This document shows positions 1 through 12,184 of a stretch of DNA of 64,000 nucleotides, piece after piece. Where the stretch lies: positions 19,828,797 through 19,892,796 of the forward strand of contig NC_068997.1 in the NCBI RefSeq assembly GCF_001194135.2. Direction: 5' to 3'. Every line of letters starts with the position of its first letter. Position 1 is the stretch's first letter. This DNA comes from Octopus bimaculoides. Its lineage: Eukaryota. The position numbers were made by a program, and so were the translations under genes. Under the pieces are notes generated by a model. That model did not search any database and was not told where the DNA came from. It worked only from the letters and a program-made list of their open reading frames with translations.

Positions 1-399
1 CTGGAAAATTAGTTAATTTTAAGGCAGCGTTGTTATTGCATTTATTAAGCTAATAAATCCTAATTCTTGGTGAGTGTTTGTTCTACTTACGTCATACTAA
101 GCCTCCTTTAATATTTAGACAGTTTAATATGCCTGGGTACAATTATAAACTTTAATTGGCATCCGTAGTAATTGAACTGTTTACGATAACACATTTGCGT
201 TGACCCTTCTTGGGAAGTTAACATTCCTTAGTTTGTTTGTTGTTTATTTATTTATTTTTTTACTTTTACTTGCTTCGCTCATTGGATTGCAGCCATTCTT
301 AGGCACCACCTTGAAGGCTTTAGGTGAATAAATTGACTCCAGTGCTTATTTTTTTGAAAAATAAACCAACACCAGTTGTAAAGTGGTGGGTGGGTATAA

Positions 400-423
400 A
401 CACAAATACAAAAGCACATACGC

Positions 424-461
<38 letters not shown>

Positions 462-1022
462 ACACACACACACACATAAATACATACTTACAGACAGACA
501 GACACATATGTACACATACAGACATGCACATATACATACATATACAGACATACACATACATATACACACATACATACATTCACACATACATGCATACATA
601 CACATACAAACATACATACACACATACACACACATACATACACACATACATACATACATACATACATTCATACATACATNNNNNNNNNNNNNNNNNNNNN
701 NNNNNNNNCATACACACATACACACACACACATACATTCACACATACATACATACATACATTCATACATACATGCATACATACATACATTCACACATACA
801 TGCATACATACACATACAGACATACATACACACATACACACAAACACATACATACACACATACATACATACATACATACATTCATACATACATGCATACA
901 TACATACATTCACACATACATGCATACATACACATACAAACATACATACACACATACACACACATACATACACACATACATACATACATACATACATTCA
1001 TACATACATACATAAATACATA
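400..1022. repeat. Compound (CA)/(CATA) microsatellite with about 120-bp higher-order repeats, spanning a small gap
   Basis: Blocks such as CATTCACACATACATGCATACATACACATACA(A/G)ACATAC recur at about 577, 788 and 908. Confidence 0.9.
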
Positions 1023-1221
1023 CATGTCTGGAGTAAATTATGGCCGAACTTGGAATCTTGGGGAGAGAAAGAAAAATCCTTAATTCATCTGCTACAAATG
1101 ATCACAATATCTGGGACTATAAAAATCTGAAAGGCCTTATGATTTAAAGGATGAGGGTTAAAAGAAGATGCTTTTTTTTTTCAAAACCTTGCTAAAATTA
1201 ATAAGAAAGAGAAGAGACACA

Positions 1222-1264
<43 letters not shown>

Positions 1265-1695
1265 ATGATAGGCTCTCTACACAGCTTTTGTCTACCTAAT
1301 TCATTCACAAGATATTGGTCAGTCTGGCTATAGTAGAAGAAGATACTTGCCCAAGGTGCTGAAACCAAATTGATTCCGAAACCAAATTGAGTTTGTTAAC
1401 CCCACAGCCATCTCTGTATATGTGTCTATTTGGTGATTATTTGCTTAGACTAGAGACACCTGTTTGAAATTTTTATGGAAATTAATAGAGGAAATGACTT
1501 ATAAAATGAAATTACACAAGACTGTGATGTGTTATAAGTCATGTTTTCCACTCAGTGTTACAAAGATCTGTGTAAAAAGTAGTAAATATAGAACTTGGTT
1601 TAACCCTCCAAATGCAGAATTAAATTTCATGATTATTCTTGTAATGAAGTTAAATATCTACCAAAAAAATAGAGTTGGTATTTTCTGCAAATCAG

Positions 1696-1853
1696 GCGCA
1701 GGACTGACTGTGTGGTAAGTAGCTTGCTTACCAACCACATGGTTCTGTGTTCAGTCCCACTGCGTGGTACCTTGGGCAAGTGTCTTCTACTATAGCCTCG
1801 GGCCGACCAAAACCTTGTGAGTGGATTTGGTAGACGGAAACTGAAAAGAAGCC
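1696..1853 (+). mobile_element. SINE family A, 5' part
   Basis: Close match to 29542-29700. Confidence 0.88.
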
Positions 1854-1857
1854 TTTC

Positions 1858-2100
1858 TCACCACTTTGTCCCACATCTTGGGTCAACCCCCTTCCACATA
1901 TTCCTTCTACAATTAGAGATCAGCACCCCTTGATGCAACTGCCTTCAGGGTTAAATATTTTATTTTGCGGAAAAATTACACCCTCCTCCTTCTCTAAGCA
2001 CTTAACACCTGTATAGTACCCACATATAAATCTTTAATGCCACCAAGGGGTGCTTCTGTCCATGTTAAGAACTGTTGATCTAGATGTAAAACAGAATCTT
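1858..2100 (-). mobile_element. RTE-clade LINE ORF2 C-terminal fragment
   Basis: Minus strand reads IKGC*SLIVEGICGRG*PKMWDKVV, a decayed G.CGRGRP.K.W.EVV motif. Confidence 0.7.
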
Positions 2101-3064
2101 GGTGGCAGGATGTTGAATTTGATTGGGTGAGTATTTTGGTAGCTTTCAGTTAAGATGCCATTTCTAAGATTATAACCATTCTGGTGATTATCAGGAATAA
2201 ATGGACAAGAAACTTGATAATCATGGTCATGTTATTAATAATCTGACACTTTATTTAGTTTCTCTTTATCTAATATTTATTTTGAAATTTCTTTCTTTCT
2301 TATTTTTCTTTCTTACTTTCTTTCTTTCTGTCTTTATTTATTTATTTATTTATTTCCCCAATGATTCTTCTTTTAATTGTCTCCGTTCTTTTGTTACCTC
2401 AATCTTATGTAAAATAATATGTCTTGCTTCTGCTCTGACATGCTTACAAGATAATGATACACTAAATCTAACCAACAATAGTTTATATTTCTATTCATTG
2501 TACTCTCTCTCCCTCTCTTTTTCTCTCTCAATTCCTTTTTGTGTTTGCACAATCTTTTAGATAAGAATTGTTTTTCAGTACCATAAAGAAGTTATTTTAC
2601 TCAGCATCTCTCATCCTAAGTTTATACAGTCAAACTCAATATCTTAAACTCAATATCTTTCATTTGTGTGTGTTTATTTGCGTTTTAAATTTATTCTGTT
2701 TGATATCAATAATTCTAAATTTGGCTCCAAAACCAAACAATTTAGTACTTGTGATAATTTGTAGTGTTTTTTCAGTACATTCTTAATTTTATAGAAAACC
2801 AATCAATGAACCTATTTGTTTGTTAGTCAATAGATAGAAAACTTTGCTTCAGAAATTGTACTCTATACATTGACAAGGTACATTAGCTGACTTGTCCCAA
2901 TCTTATAATCAATAGGAACTATTTAATTGATTGACAAAGCCTTTCATGTCCATCATTTATTTTACATTTAAACTATTATTTTCTCAATTAGTCTTTAATG
3001 ACAAGAAATAAATTGGTTACAGGAGCTATAGTGGCCAAGAAATGATGGGGCTTGGCTTCTGAGA

Positions 3065-3300
3065 AAAAGAGACAGAGAGGTCTTTTGTTACAAACAGAGT
3101 TAATAGCTTTCTGAACTTTTTCCACCTGATTCTTATTCTAGCAACTATGCTTTAAGAGCATTCTCGTCCACTGCTAATTAGGTCACCTAGGTAACAAAAA
3201 CTATCTACTATTTCTAAGGATCCTTCTGGGTATTCAAGAAAATCTGTTTCCTATGTGCTCTTATTGTGCATTGTTCCTTTGTATCTGCCATACACAAAGC
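3065..3300 (-). mobile_element. RTE-clade LINE reverse transcriptase fragment (YLG region)
   Basis: Minus strand reads PEGSLEIVDSFCYLGDLISSGRECS*SIVARIRIRWKKFRKLLTLFVTKDLS. Confidence 0.85.
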
Positions 3301-4894
3301 TAATGAGGAACAGATTCAAATTTTGTTATCAACATTGTATTGTATCTTAGGCAAAGATAGCTAACTACGTCACCCTTCTTTCATGGTTGAAAGAATCTCA
3401 TAAAAAAATTTTTCTAAATGCATTCTGCTCTAAAAAAAGTACCATATTTTCTGGCATTTAAGTTGAATCTTTCAGACCAAAACTTACAACCCTAAAAAGG
3501 TAAGTTAACTTACACACCAAGTCGGTTTTCGAGGATCCAAAATTTCCTGTGAAATACATCAGGAATTGGAAAGATAGTGATGTTTGAATGTTTACATTAC
3601 ATACAACATTGACTTGTAGGCCAGAAAATATGGTAAAGTAAAATTAGAAGGCATATTGTAAAAGGTAGTCTAAAATCTCTTTCCCTTTTATGGATAATGT
3701 CAATCTTTGAATTTATTCCCAGTAAAAGTCATTTCTTCTCTATTCATCACATAGCCATATTTGATTGCTAGGAAACAGCTGAAGATTTCATTTTCATGTA
3801 ATGGTACTGTAGAAAAAATATCTGGAGTTGTTTCCATTGCTGTTTCCAGTCCTATGAAAAGACTTTGACTCAATGCTACATTTTAAAATACTTCTGCTTA
3901 CGCCAGTAGCCCATTTTACTATTTTGTGTATATTCATAGCAACATGAACTTGCAGTAGATAATCCCCATTGAGATTCAAATCTAAATGTTTAAGTCCTAA
4001 AGCCAAACCATTAACGAATAACATTACTATAAGTGGTAATATTCACTGACAGGGGTTGCTACAAGTGATATGAATGTATAACAATGATAAGCCTCAACAA
4101 CGGTGAAATCTGCCTCTCTTGTGATCACTTCTGGGGTACCTTTGTTTCACCTAGTTCTGAAGTATATCATGTTTTTAGCACTAAACATCTTTTAAAGGAT
4201 TTTTCCTAAATGAAAAACTGCAGCTTCTGACTTTTAAATAACTCACAAATATCTAGTATGTTGTAATGTAAATGTTTTTATTATAGAGCCTCTGCCATGA
4301 TGTAATTCTAATTTTTTCTGCTTATGCAGCACTATTGTAAACCAGAAGATAGTTTACACACCGTCTTTATATACTTCAGACTAGCAGGTTCACTATTTTT
4401 TCAGAAGTAACACAAGTATGCATCATTGATCATCTGCAACTACAATGAAATACATATCTGTTGCTATTGTGGTTACTACTGGAGTGATTTTGTTTCACCT
4501 AACTCTGAAGTATATTATGTTTTTTAACACTTTACATCTTTAAAGTGATTTTTCCAAGATGAAAAACACTGCAACTTAAACAACACACATTTGTTAAGTA
4601 TGTTGTATTGATAAAGTTCTCTATTTGGTAATATCAGCTTGTGGTAAGTGTGCTATTTTAAAGAAAAAAATTTATTTTTTATGTCTAAATGCTTACTAGG
4701 ATTTCTTGGAAGGGCTTACAAAATCCTTGAAATTCAGCTCTTTGTGGGGATATTTATTTTGAATGGCAGCTGGAAGTTACGTGTCTCCAGACTCACTTTT
4801 GATAAGATAATTTTAATCCCCCAACATCCTCACCAGGAAATTATTGCTGCCATAACCATGTATTTTTTTATTATTTATTTTTATACACTCAATT

Positions 4895-5150
4895 AGGTGC
4901 TAACTGCTCTCAGCAAGATCATTATCAAGAACATTCATTCAGGTCTTTCCTCTGCCATTCTTCTACATTCTCCATATGATAGTTTACTCCAGTCCTTGAT
5001 ATTATCAAATGAGTTTATTCCAGGTCTTCCTCTCAAGCATTTGCTATTTATCTTTCCTTCTAGTAATAATATTTGTATACCTTGTGCTCTTATTATGTGA
5101 TCAAAGTGCTCTAGCTTCCTTGTTTTTAATAGTTGTGAGTAATGGTCTTT
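4895..5150 (-). mobile_element. RTE/BovB-like LINE ORF2 C-terminus (a lineage distinct from the other RTE pieces)
   Basis: Minus strand reads QLLKTRKLEHFDHIIRAQGIQILLLEGKINSKCLRGRPGINSFDNIKDWSKLSYGECRRMAEERPE*. Confidence 0.8.
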
Positions 5151-7285
5151 ATCTGTTTGCTAGTTGTAGCACTTAAATTATATTTCTAAAATATATAAGG
5201 AAAATATGGTGGGCCAGCAGAATCATTAGCTCACCAGACAAAATGCTTTGCAATGTTTCATCCATCTTTATGTTCTGAGTTCATATTCCGTCAAGGTCAA
5301 CTTTGCCTTTCATCCTTTCGATTGATGTAATTGACTTAGCCTGTCCCCCAAACCCGCTGGCCATTTACCAAAATTTAAAGCCAATAATATTTAAGAAAAT
5401 TTTCAGCTGTCACTCCGTGACAATTTATTTCTGGAAACATACGTAACTTGAATAATTTTTCTCTTGCAACAAGTTAACATGAGACCTGTCTAGAAATTCT
5501 TCTATTATTGAGGATTGAATGTTTTATCCTTGGACATTTTATAGTGACAGGTTGTGCACTGTTAGCCTCTCGCCCAAGTGTGTGGTACTCTTTCGAATCA
5601 GTCTTTCAAATTGTTGTCTCATTCCCTTTCACCTCAATTTTACCTTCCAGTTTACTCTCACTTTTCTTCTTCTTTACAATTCGTTTTTTGCCTCCCTCTC
5701 TCACTCAGTTTGTCTCTCCTACTACTTCCTATCTATGTATGAAGTTCATTTTGCCTTGTGTTCCCTATCAGTTGCAGCCATTTTCTAAAAAAAAAAAAAA
5801 AAAGAGTATAAAAACCTGCTGTCTTTCTTTCTTTATTTCTTGTGCTCAGAGTAGAAAGAATATTCCTATCTATACACAAGGCCTGAAATTTTGGGAAGCA
5901 GGCTAATCGGGTACATTAAGTGCTGATACTCAAATGGTACTTATTTTCTTTGACTTCAAAAGACTGAAAGACAAAGATGACCTCAGCAGAATTTTGAACT
6001 CAGATCATAAAGATGGAAAAAATACCACTAAGCATTTTGTTCAACATGCTAACAATTCTGTCAACAACAATAAAAAAAAAACAACAATAATAATGCTTTC
6101 TATTATAGATGCAAAGTCTGAAGCATTTGGTGGGGCAGGATGGGGTCGGGTGGGGTAAGTTAATTATATCAACCCAGTCCTTAACTGGTATTTATTTCAT
6201 CGACTACAAAGGCAAAGTCAACCTCAATGGAATTTGACTAGGAACATAAAACTGGAAGAAAGGCCATGAAAGCATTTTGTCCGACATGCTAATGATTCTG
6301 CCAGCTTGCTACCTTAATGATAGCAGCAGCAGCAGTAGTAGTAGTAGTAGTAGTAGTATACATAAAACAAATCCGAATGTAAACACTATTTTGTTAGTAG
6401 TTGAGTTGATACACTTGAAGATGAGTATAGGAAACACTTAACAGAGAAACTGTTAGAGTGTTGCAAGCTAAGGTAACCATATTCTGAATAGGGTTTTTGT
6501 TCTTGTTTTCCCATTTCATGTAATGCTATATCTACAATCATCTTCTGGAAAAACTATAAAATGTAAGACAATACGGTGAAACTACAAACAACCACTGGCT
6601 GTAGTAAAACACTATATATATTCAGTAACTGTACTAAAAAGCATATAGCCATTGATTGAAGTCAAAAGAAAAATTATTAATGTGTAGCCGCAAGCTGGCT
6701 AAAAGACAGGAACAAGTGGTTACGCCAGTGGTTATAGTGATAATAAGATACAATCAGTACTTGCTGCAAAGAAAATCTCTTTAACTATTGGCTCATCATC
6801 ATCATCACATAACATCCGTTATTCATGCTTGCATGGGTTGGATGGGTTGACAGGAACTGGCCAGCTGGAGGGCTGCACCAAACAACATAGGCTGCTTTGG
6901 CATGGTTTTTTTTTGTTGTTTTTTTTTGTACAACTGGATCCCCTTCATAACATCAATCACTTTACAGAGTGTACTTGTGGGGGTGGGGGTGCTTGTTATG
7001 CGACACCAGCACCTGTAGGGTTAGCAAGTAACTTGCAAGACAAAGACCCCCCCCCTACCGTACGATCAGGGGTCGGAAGTAGCATTGAAGGAGGTGGCTT
7101 TGTACCAGATGAGAGGTTAAAGCATAATAGAGGGATAAAAATAAAAAAATCTTGATATAAAGGAAATACTTAGCTACCCCCACCACCCCACCCCTTTGAA
7201 AAGGAAAGAAAAGGAAAATACTTGAAAAACTTATAGATACTGATAGTGGTGTGATATATGTGTGTTTATGTGTTGTGTCCATATA

Positions 7286-7362
<77 letters not shown>

Positions 7363-7929
7363 ACGCACACACACACACATGTATGTATGTGATTATTGTT
7401 TTAATGTTCACTTTTCCATGGGTTAGACGAAGTTTATTGAAGCGAATTTTCTACAGCCGAATGCCCTACCTGTTGCCAACCTTTACCAGTTTCCAAGGCA
7501 GTTAATATTTCCTTATGGGCAGACATGTTTTCACACAATATTGGGAATGACTCGCATTCATTTTTACAACTTTCATGCAGGGTCAACACAAAGGAGTCAC
7601 ACTCATGCACGCACATATGCATAAGCACACATGCACACATAGAACCTGGTGGAGCCCTTGAACTTGTCTGTCCTTGTCAAAACATCCAACCCATGACAAC
7701 ATGGGAAAAAAAATTTAAACGATGTTGAAAATGATGATGGTGATGGTGATGGTGCAGATGCTGGTGAGCTTTTTTCAGTTTCTGTTGACTAAATCCACTC
7801 ACAAGGCTTTGGTTGTCCTTGAGCTATGGTAGAAACCACCCAGTGGGTGGGACTGAACCTGAAACCATGCAATCAGGAAGCAAACTACTTAACCACATAG
7901 CCATGGCCACTGACTGCACTGACCAAAGA

Positions 7930-8250
7930 AAAATGCATAGCCGCAAACCATAGAGTAAAACTATAAACCATTTAGTCACAGGCTGTGTAGAACAGTCATT
8001 TAATCATTTACTAATACTGAAAAAAAAAACATACCATATAGCAGCTACTGTCTGTTATAAAAATCCATTTAATCACTGTCTGGCTTTATTCAAAAATTAT
8101 GTAACCACTGGTTGTACTGAAAGGACGTTTATTAACTAACTGTTCTGAAAATCTATATAATCAGTAGCTGTGCTAAGAAAATTATTTAATTAGCAGCTGT
8201 ACTGGAAAAGTTTGTAATGAGAAGCTGACGGTACTGAAAAACTATATTAC
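7930..8250. repeat. Diverged minisatellite with an approximately 30-bp unit
   Basis: Unit roughly AATCAGTAGCTGTACTGAAAAA.TATT. Related units lie at about 6545-6700 and 9310-9400. Confidence 0.6.
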
Positions 8251-9271
8251 AATGGGTCTGTGATCTTCAGATTTTGAGCCTTACAGAGGGGATGGCAAAG
8301 GGCGACTGACACAACTGGCAATCTGTTGTGTTTGAGAAGACCCCACCCAGCTGAGTAAAATCCATGGCCATGCTCCCTTCCGTCATCCATAACCTACCCA
8401 TGCTCACCACTGCTGTTTCCCTGCCTTCTCTCCATTCTCCCTCATGTATCTACCTACCTACATGCACACAATATGTCTCTGTTAAATCCTTTCCTTTGCT
8501 ACACACCCTCCATGGAGGCATGTGGCTTAGTTGTCAGGGTGTTGTTGGAGTTATGATCGTAAGATTACGGTTTTGATTTCTGAACTTGGAGACATGTTTG
8601 CTCTTGAGCAAAACACTTCATTTCACATTGCTCCACTCCACCCAGCAGGTAACAACAAGTAATCCTGCATCGAACTGGCATCCCCTTCAGGTAGGGAATA
8701 TATATCCCATGAAACCAGGAAACCAGTATGACTCAAGAAGGTAACTTTACCTACCTTTACCAACATACCCACCTAATTATCCCCTTCCTCTTCCAGTGCC
8801 CACTCATTACATCTGTCTGACTCTGCTCCCACTCCTTTTGGAATCTTGTGAACTCACTCACTTATTCACCCCTTTCCAGTCCCCTGTCTACTTCACTATA
8901 AACACCACCCTATATCTTGGGTTTATGACTCCCCTGCCTCCTCTCTGTCACATCTTCACCATCTTTCTCTCTTCTCTCCTCATCTGAGGAAGCCATATCC
9001 CTGTTTTAAAGCAAGACACCTTTTCAGTCTCTCAATACTACTCCCCACCTCAGCTGACGGGTCTTGTCCTGCAAGATATTTGGTGAACTCATCGCTGCTG
9101 ATGCCACATAAAATGCACCCTGTACGCTCTGTAAAGTGGTTGGTATTAGGAAGGGCATCCAGCCATAGAAACCATCCCAAGACAGACAATAGAGCTTGGT
9201 GCAGTCTTCTGTCTTTCCTGTTCCTGTCAAACTGTCCAACCCATGCCCGCATGAAAAATGGATGTTAAATG

Positions 9272-9303
<32 letters not shown>

Positions 9304-9479
9304 GATACTGGCTGTATAGAGAAACTGTATAAATAGCAGCTTTATTGAAAAACCATTTAGTCACTAGCTGGCTTTATTGGAAAAAAAGTTATAACCACAG
9401 GCTGACACTTGGTCAGCTTCAACTTTGACAGATTGATGTTTGGCGAGTAAAAAATGGTGAGAAGCAAAGAATATCTTTG

Positions 9480-9720
9480 AGAGAGAGAGAGACAAAATGA
9501 TGGGAAGGGAAGAGGAAACACAAAGAGAGGAGTAGACACAAAGGGAGGAAGAGTTACAGAGAAGGGAGATGAAGATACAGAGGAGGGAGAAGGACTTACA
9601 GAGAAGGAAGGAGGAAACACAAAGGTGGTAGGAGGAAACATAGAAGAGGCAGGAAGTGAGAGAAGGGAGGAGGAAACTCAGAGAAGGCAAGAGAAGGAAA
9701 CACAGAGAAAGGAGGGGTAG
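9480..9720. repeat. Polypurine minisatellite with an approximately 21-bp unit
   Basis: AGAGAAGGGAGGAGGAAACAC-like units, about 10 copies. Confidence 0.75.
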
Positions 9721-10029
9721 ACGCAGTGTCTAATTAGTTATATGATTATAGTGTTCAACTTAGTTCCAAGAGTTGAGTCATTGTAAAGGCAAAATAGACA
9801 GGCAACATAGGTGTATCAAATGAGACGTAGATAAGGAGGGGTCATCATCATCATCATCATCATTAACATCATCATCATCATCATCATCATCATTTAACCA
9901 CTATTTCTCATACTGGCATACGTTGGATGGCTTGACAAGACTGCATCAAGTTCTGATGTCAGATTTGGCATGATTTCTATGGCTGGATGTCCTTCCTAAT
10001 ACCAATCACTCTACAATATTTTCATGGAC

Positions 10030-10360
10030 ATTGTCCAGCTGAGCTCTCTTCTCCGGTTCCTCCTTTAAAAACTTATCAGCAATCAACAAGACTTGCATCG
10101 AGTCCTCATCAGTATACTGTGTGACCTCCTAAGTGTCGTAAAGCATTTTACAATGCCAATTTCTTCCCCCACACCTCTGAACTTTGGAATTCCCTTCCAC
10201 AGTCTTGTTTTCCTCTTCAATATGACCTCCAGTCTTTTAAGTCTATTGTACATCGTCAGCTATTGACCTCTGTCTAGCGTCCATTCTATTCTAGTAGCTC
10301 TTACATTTTCAGTGGTCTAAGGACCTTCTAACGAGCGAATGCTTACAAAAAAAAAAAAAA
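10030..10360 (+). mobile_element. CR1/Jockey-group LINE 3' end with poly(A), nested in an RTE-tail element
   Basis: Reads TRLASSPHQYTV*PPKCRKAFYNANFFPHTSELWNSLPQSCFPLQYDLQSFKSIVHRQLLTSV*, followed by a short 3' UTR and an A-run at about 10348-10360. Confidence 0.8.
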
Positions 10361-10764
10361 TTTTAAGTATCTACTAGGTGCTTCTTATGTGACACCAGAA
10401 CTAGCGAGTCTGCTAAATCACTTGCAACACTAAAATAGGAAAAAGTACCCCACCTCACCTCTAACTGAGTCAGTAGCTATTTGAGAGATGGAGGGATGGT
10501 TTTATGCTGAGAAGCTAAAACATTGTCATCGTCATCATCGTCATCATCATCATTAACATCATCCCTATCATTATCATCATTTGACAACTTTTCCTCAGGT
10601 GGGCATACATTGGATGGTTTGATAAGACTGCATCAAGATCTAATGTTAGAGAAGCCAAAACATGATAGATGGACAAATGCAAGTGTCTTACAATAGAGGA
10701 GATACATAGCTATCTTGCATTATATATGGGTTTCAAAGTTTGATATCAGACCAGCAGGTTTGTG

Positions 10765-11160
10765 GGAGGGAGTAAGTGAATTAAATGGACCCCAGTGTTC
10801 AACTGGTACTTATTTTATTGACTCTGAAAGGATGAAAGGCAAAGTTGACCCCCGGTGGAATTTGAACTCAGAACGTAAAGATAGATGAAATGTTGCTTAG
10901 CATTTCACCTGGCATGCTAACAATTCTTATTTCTTTATTGCCCACAAGGGGCTAAACATAGAGGGGACAAACAAGGACAGACAAATGGGGTAAGTCGATT
11001 ACATCGACCCCAGTGCATAACTGGTACTTAATTTATCGACCCCGAAAGGATGAAAGGCAAAGTCGGCCTCGGCGGAATTTGAACTCAGAACATAACGGCA
11101 GACGAAATATCGCTAAATATTTCGCCCAGCGTGCTAACGATTCTGGCAGCTCACTGCCTT
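10765..11160 (-). mobile_element. Two tandem copies of SINE family D
   Basis: Each copy has AACTGGTACTT..TTTAT.GAC...AAAGGATGAAAGGCAAAGT.GACC...GGAATTTGAACTCAGAAC. Other D copies lie at about 5210-5340, 5905-6310, 23117-23270, 25305-25470, 28190-28310, 30570-30990, 32770-32975, 44170-44320, 57900-58080 and 61880-61995. Confidence 0.85.
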
Positions 11161-12148
11161 AACTTACATTATATATTGATGGGTGGAAAACGGAATAAAC
11201 ATGCTGGTAACAATTTGTCAAAGTGACATATTCTGGATATCAAACGAGATATTGGCAATCCCAGTATCAGCAAATTGCAACCGCCATAACACATCCTGCC
11301 ACCTGCATCCTCCATCATCATCATCATCATCATCATTGTTTAACATCCGCTGGCAGGGTTTCTACAGCTGGATGCCCTTCCTAACGCCAACCACTCCGAA
11401 AGTGTAGTGGGTGCCTTTTACATATCACCAGCACAGGCGCCAATCAGACGGCACTTGCATTGACCATGCTCAAATGTTGCTTTTTTGTGCCACCTGCACG
11501 GGAGCCAGTCAGGCGGCACTGGTATCGACCACACTTGAATAGTGCTTTTTATGTGCCACTGGTATGGGAGCCAGTCAGATGGCATGTGGAACAAAATACA
11601 GTCAGTTATTTCAGTTTTACTAACCATATATATCCTTCAACGGGTGACACACTCCATTAACTACAAGCTGTATCCAGAATAGGAATTCCACTCAACATTG
11701 TGAATCAACTTACTGGTTGAGATGATAGGTATCTGCCCACCATCACCACCACTACCGTTACCACCACCACCACCACCACCACCACAATCACTTGAAATGT
11801 CTTCTTTAAATTCATTTTTATTTTATTCAACTGTAATTAAAATTAACAGTTAATGAATGTAGCATAAAGTGAATCTAATAACTCAGTATTTGCTGATGTA
11901 ATTGCAAATCAACAAAACACTTGTGTTATACAGCATTCCAGTTGCCAAGAGAAACCAGCTGTCACTCCACAGGGATGCATTTTAACAGTTAAGTGCTCTT
12001 CTAAATTAGTGGTCTTCTAATTGTATCCCTTCACTAGTGAGTGTGGCTCTGTGTTTGAGTGTTTGGGAATATACATGCATATACATACATACATACATAT
12101 ATATATATGTATATATGTATGTATATTTATATATGCATATATATGTAT

Positions 12149-12184
<36 letters not shown>

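Noticed and set aside
279-1083. 150-210 aa ORFs rich in H/T/Y/I or V/C/M
   Set aside because: These are translations of CA/CATA microsatellite. The same applies to similar ORFs throughout the window.
3380-4030. Coding-like segment including the 76-aa ORF 3794-4024
   Set aside because: I recognise no motif and find no consistent splice pattern. It may be decayed transposon sequence and needs a tBLASTx search.
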